A stretch of DNA of 64,000 bases from Planctomycetota bacterium (GTDB taxonomy: Bacteria; Planctomycetota; SZUA-567; H5-PLA8). This document shows, one piece after another, positions 60,599 through 64,000 of this stretch (position 1 is the stretch's first letter; each line of letters starts with the position of its first letter). Under the pieces are notes generated by a model. It did no database searches. It saw nothing but the letters and a program-made list of their open reading frames with translations, and was not told the origin of the DNA. The position numbers and the translations under genes are program-made. The DNA lies in the NCBI GenBank assembly GCA_016200135.1, contig JACQFI010000008.1, positions 7,968-71,967 of the forward strand, given 5' to 3'.

Positions 60599-61405
60599 TT
60601 GGATGGTCAAACTCCGCCCATGCCACGCCAGGCGATCATCTCGGACATCCACGGCAATATCGTGGCCTTTCAGCGCGCCCTCAAGGACTGCGACGAGCAG
60701 AAGGTCGACCGCATCGTCTGCATTGGGGATATCGTCGGCTACGGTCCAGACCCGCTCGAATGCGTGGACCTGGCGCGCCAGCGCTGTGCCTGGTCGCTCT
60801 GCGGCAACCACGACGTAGCGCTCTTCATGAACTTCCCTATTGGCTTCAACAAGGTCGCGCGCGACGCCATCGAATGGCAGCGCACGCTGCTCAAGCCGCA
60901 CTGGTACAGCTTGGGCGCCAAGCGCAGCCGCTGGTCGTGGCTCCAGAACCTCCAGCCGCAGCGCCTGGACGAGAAGACCCTCTACGTCCACGCCTCGCCG
61001 CGCGACCCGATCCTCGAATACGTGGAGGAAGGCGACGTGGCCGACATGGGCTTCGGGCCGTCGCAGAAGATCATCGAGATCTTCGAGAAGATCCCCTGGC
61101 TGAGCTTCTGCGGGCACAGCCACAAGCCGGGCGTGGTGACCGAGGACTTCCTCTGGATCAAGCCGCACGAGCTGGACAAGTTCACCTACGACCTGCCGCC
61201 GGACCGCAAGACGCTGGTGAACATCGGCTCCGTGGGCCAGCCCCGCGACGGCAACCCGGACCTGTGTTACGTGATCTACGACACCGACCGCAAGCGCGTG
61301 CAGTTCCGGCGCATCCCCTACGACGTCCCTGCCGCGCAGATGCGCTTCCGCCGCGTCCTTCAGCTTCACGAGAAGACGTGGAAACGGCTCGCGGACGGAC
61401 GCTGA
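60599..61405 (+). CDS. Calcineurin-like metallophosphoesterase
   Basis: The motifs ISDIHGN, GDIVGYG, GNHD and GHSH match the MPE motifs D-x-H, GD-x-x-D-R/G, GNH(D/E) and GH. An alternative start lies at 60620. Confidence 0.75.
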   Translation: MDGQTPPMPRQAIISDIHGNIVAFQRALKDCDEQKVDRIVCIGDIVGYGPDPLECVDLARQRCAWSLCGNHDVALFMNFPIGFNKVARDAIEWQRTLLKPHWYSLGAKRSRWSWLQNLQPQRLDEKTLYVHASPRDPILEYVEEGDVADMGFGPSQKIIEIFEKIPWLSFCGHSHKPGVVTEDFLWIKPHELDKFTYDLPPDRKTLVNIGSVGQPRDGNPDLCYVIYDTDRKRVQFRRIPYDVPAAQMRFRRVLQLHEKTWKRLADGR

Positions 61406-61415
61406 ACGCGGCCGT

Positions 61416-62864
61416 TCACGGCATGGTTATGCCCTTAAGCAGCAGCTCGTACTTCTTCTCCACCTTCTCCTCGAGCGCCTGCAAGACGATCGCGGTGGGT
61501 TCCTTGGGCAGGCTGATCACGGCCGTCCAGGACTCGTTCCCGCCCGAGAGTGACTGGCCCTGCGAGTCGATCACGTGGTTTTGAGCGTCCACAAAGTAGA
61601 TCCCGGGACGGTTTTTGGGGACCTCCTCGTTCTCCTGCCGCGTCGAAGGCGCGAACTCGGTCCGCGCCGTGCCTTCCTCGTCCCCGTCGTTCTCGACCAG
61701 CCCGCTGGAGTGCAGCTCCGATACCGTGCCGGTGGTCTTGAAGTGAATCTTCCATTCGCCGCCTTCCTGATGGAGCTTCTCGTAGACGAGCGTCCCGTCC
61801 TTCACCGTGAACGTCTTGCCCGCCGCTCCAGCCAGCTCGATCCGCTTCGTGACGAGCTTCAGCGGCACCTGCGCGGAGAGGCTCGCCCGGATGTTAAAAG
61901 GAGACGCGAAGGCCGCGTCGGGCGTGCCCGAGGCGGCGAAGGTGAAACAGTGCGCGCGCTTCTCGTTGGCGGCGCCCGTCGTGTCGTCCAGGTTCACGTT
62001 CAAGTCGGCCACCTTGCTCTCCTTGGCGTCCTCGAACTTGAAGTGCCGGATGCGCATCGACCCCGCCTGCAGGCCGGGCTCGGCCACCAGGAATGCCTCC
62101 CAGTTCAGGCTCAGCGTCTCGGCGGCGGTGCCCTGAAGATAGTCGGCGTGTTTCGAGCGCTGGACGGTCGTCGAAGCCGTGAATACCAGGAACGGCCCCA
62201 GCGCTTGCGCAAAGACCGCGCCTTTCTCGCCCAGTTCCACCAGCTCGAACGGCAGCTCGCGCTTGGCCGCCTCCTCGTCCGCCTCTTCCGGCAGCTTGTA
62301 GCCCAGCCGCGCCGCCTGGCGCAGGGCTTCCAGGGCCTGGAAGAAGGTGGCCCCTTTCACCGCGAAGGTGCACGGCTTCTCGCGCGCGGCCTCGGCGGCG
62401 ATCACCTGCCAGCCGTAGGTCTCCTTAAACGCCGTGAGGACTTCTTTGATGGGTTTGGCGGTGAAATCGAAGTCCGCGACCTTCGGCGCGTCGAAGCGCT
62501 TGAGCACCGCGTTCTGTCCGAGTTCCTTCAAGATCTGCTTTACTTGCGCCGCGAAGTCCGGGTCCTTGCCGCCCGCGGCCAGGGCTTTCTCGAGCGCCTC
62601 GCGCATGGCCTCGCCGGCCTCGTTGAGTTTCCGCCGCGCGGCGTCGCGTTCGTCGGGATCGTCCGAGCGCAGCTTTTGGATCAGGGCCTCGGTGTTCGGG
62701 CCTTCGGGGCCGGCGGGAACTAGAGTCTCGGCTCTAAGGTTGCTCGCGCAGAGCGTCAGAACGAGCGCGTAGAGGAGAAGGCGTCCAGGCCGGAGCCATC
62801 CTGCGGGGTGAAGGTCGGTGGGCATGAGGATCTCCAGGACTTTCCTACCGCTTAAGGCGCTCAC
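61416..62864 (-). CDS. Secreted hypothetical protein (paralogue B)
   Basis: Alignable with 58900-60300 over the N-terminal module, the central TFFQALEALRQAARLGY block and the C-terminal ...ITMP end. Confidence 0.55.
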   Translation of the reverse strand: MSALSGRKVLEILMPTDLHPAGWLRPGRLLLYALVLTLCASNLRAETLVPAGPEGPNTEALIQKLRSDDPDERDAARRKLNEAGEAMREALEKALAAGGKDPDFAAQVKQILKELGQNAVLKRFDAPKVADFDFTAKPIKEVLTAFKETYGWQVIAAEAAREKPCTFAVKGATFFQALEALRQAARLGYKLPEEADEEAAKRELPFELVELGEKGAVFAQALGPFLVFTASTTVQRSKHADYLQGTAAETLSLNWEAFLVAEPGLQAGSMRIRHFKFEDAKESKVADLNVNLDDTTGAANEKRAHCFTFAASGTPDAAFASPFNIRASLSAQVPLKLVTKRIELAGAAGKTFTVKDGTLVYEKLHQEGGEWKIHFKTTGTVSELHSSGLVENDGDEEGTARTEFAPSTRQENEEVPKNRPGIYFVDAQNHVIDSQGQSLSGGNESWTAVISLPKEPTAIVLQALEEKVEKKYELLLKGITMP

Positions 62865-62985
62865 CTAGAGCCTACCGCAGCAGTTTCGCATGTGCGTCCC
62901 GTACGATCCAGACCGAAATCATCCTTTCCTGTCTTGCAATCTTGTTCCCGAACGGCAAGACGAACCGGTACCGCCTATTCCGCGC

Positions 62986-64000
62986 TTACGTCCGGTGGCC
63001 CACGTCGTAAGCCCCGCGGTCCTGCTCGTTGAGGCGGCGGAGGATGCCGGCGTAGATGGGGAAGGCGTCGCAGAGGTCGAGGGTCTCTTCGCGCAGGCGC
63101 CTGTGGATATTGCGGTCGTAGGGGTTCGAGAGGGCGGAGTCGATGATCGTGGCGATGCGTTCCATCTCGGGCTCTTTCAAGCCGCGCGTAGTGAGGGCCG
63201 GAGAGCCGATGCGCACGCCGCTGGTCTCGGTGGCGGGCAACGGGTCGTTGGGGATCAGGTTCTTGTTCACGGTGATGCCGACGTCGTCGAGGATCTGGCT
63301 GGCGAGCTTGCCGGTGATGTTGCGCGAGCGCAGATCGACGAGCATCAGGTGGTTGTCGGTGCCGCCGGAGACCAGGCGGTAGCCGCGGGCCATCAGCGCG
63401 GCGGCGAGCGTCTGCGCGTTCTGGATAATCTGCTTCTGGTATTCCTTGAACGAAGGATGCAGGGCTTCCTTGAGGGCCACGGCCTTGGCGGCGATGACGT
63501 GCATCAGCGGGCCGCCTTGAGCGCCGGGAAAGACCGCGGAGTCGATCTTCTTCGCGTACGCGCCCTTGCAGAGGATGATGCCGCCGCGGGGGCCGCGCAT
63601 GGTCTTGTGGGTAGTGGTGGTGACGACATCGGAGACGCCCATGGGATCGGGGTGCAGCCCCGCCGCGACTAAGCCCGCGATGTGGGCGATGTCCACCATC
63701 AGCAGCGCGCCGACTTCCTTCGCGATCTCGCCGAACTTGTTGAAATCGAGCACGCGCGGATACGCCGAGGCGCCCGCGACGATCATCTGCGGCTTGGTCT
63801 CGTGGGCGATCTTGCGCAGGGCGTCGTAGTCGATGCGCTCGGTCTCGGGGTTCAACCCATACGAGGCGATCTTGTAGACCTTGCCGGAGAAGTTGTACTT
63901 GGCGCCGTGGCTGAGGTGCCCGCCGGCGGCGAGGTCCATGCCGAGGATCGTGTCGCCCGGCTTGAGCAGCGCGAAGTAGACGGCCATGTTGGCCTGCGTG
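62986..64000 (-). CDS. glyA: Serine hydroxymethyltransferase (5' end beyond the window edge)
   Basis: The PLP site reads [14 protein letters not shown], and the C-terminal half shows strong SHMT-wide conservation. Confidence 0.85.
   Translation of the reverse strand, partial: TQANMAVYFALLKPGDTILGMDLAAGGHLSHGAKYNFSGKVYKIASYGLNPETERIDYDALRKIAHETKPQMIVAGASAYPRVLDFNKFGEIAKEVGALLMVDIAHIAGLVAAGLHPDPMGVSDVVTTTTHKTMRGPRGGIILCKGAYAKKIDSAVFPGAQGGPLMHVIAAKAVALKEALHPSFKEYQKQIIQNAQTLAAALMARGYRLVSGGTDNHLMLVDLRSRNITGKLASQILDDVGITVNKNLIPNDPLPATETSGVRIGSPALTTRGLKEPEMERIATIIDSALSNPYDRNIHRRLREETLDLCDAFPIYAGILRRLNEQDRGAYDVGHRT

Overview
This is a high-GC (roughly 65-68%) bacterial chromosomal window with about 60 protein-coding genes and no rRNA, tRNA or CRISPR that I can see. 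I saw no transposase or integrase ORF, but the repeat-flanked 5.35-8.32 kb cassette (amidohydrolase, Rieske ferredoxin, AraC regulator) may be an acquired insertion. The many secreted proteins with signal peptides and the multiple Gfo/Idh/MocA oxidoreductases weakly suggest a Planctomycetes/Verrucomicrobia-like (PVC) organism, but I cannot confirm that.

Recognisable content, in order along the window:
- 0-8.3 kb: a catabolic cluster with a GH4 glycosidase, a Rieske oxygenase alpha subunit, an amidohydrolase-2 enzyme, a Rieske ferredoxin and two AraC regulators.
- 8.7-10.6 kb: a roughly 480 aa gene that appears split by a single in-frame TGA.
- 11-11.8 kb: a secreted EF-hand protein rich in Gly, Asp and Lys.
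- 12.1-16.2 kb: two tandem ABC ATPase genes with no permease partner, a membrane-anchored double-GNAT protein and an AAC(3)-family acetyltransferase.
- 16.7-20.9 kb: a GntR-regulated sugar operon (class I aldolase, Gfo/Idh/MocA dehydrogenase, XylA-type isomerase).
- 21.3-26.9 kb: the conserved prkA / yeaH / spoVR stress module, with an extra membrane protein inserted.
- 29-34.2 kb: a giant 1716 aa protein with a degenerate Ser/Thr-kinase-like N-terminal domain (predicted pseudokinase) and about 1,300 aa of charged coiled coil.
- 36.3-41.2 kb: a protein with four ClpX-type zinc fingers, a Trm112-like protein, and a frameshift-disrupted TPR / zinc-ribbon / TM / polyproline / FG-GAP gene.
- 42.8-64 kb: oxidoreductases, a PHP phosphoesterase, a GH42-like hydrolase, FKBP, gyrA, an AlkD-like repair protein, HAD and SDR enzymes, two paralogous secreted proteins flanking a metallophosphoesterase, and a 5'-truncated glyA.

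Non-coding content is unusually rich:
- A recurring palindromic 24-nt element (GAGACCTCCGCCGGGACGGCGGAG) with tandem GAACGG-rich arrays flanks a 3-gene cassette.
- A family of CCCTCCCCC/GGGGGAGGG hairpins includes a G-quadruplex-capable, TTAGGG-containing 100-bp palindrome.
- Several low-GC MITE-like intergenic repeats occur, three of them inside the sugar operon.
- A perfect GntR-type operator (TTGTCATGACAA) overlaps a -35 box upstream of the GntR gene.

No canonical defence system or mobile element (integrase or transposase) was recognised. The candidates for novelty are the pseudokinase coiled-coil giant, the TGA-split gene, the repeat-flanked cassette, and the orphan NBD-pair / GNAT / AAC(3) group.
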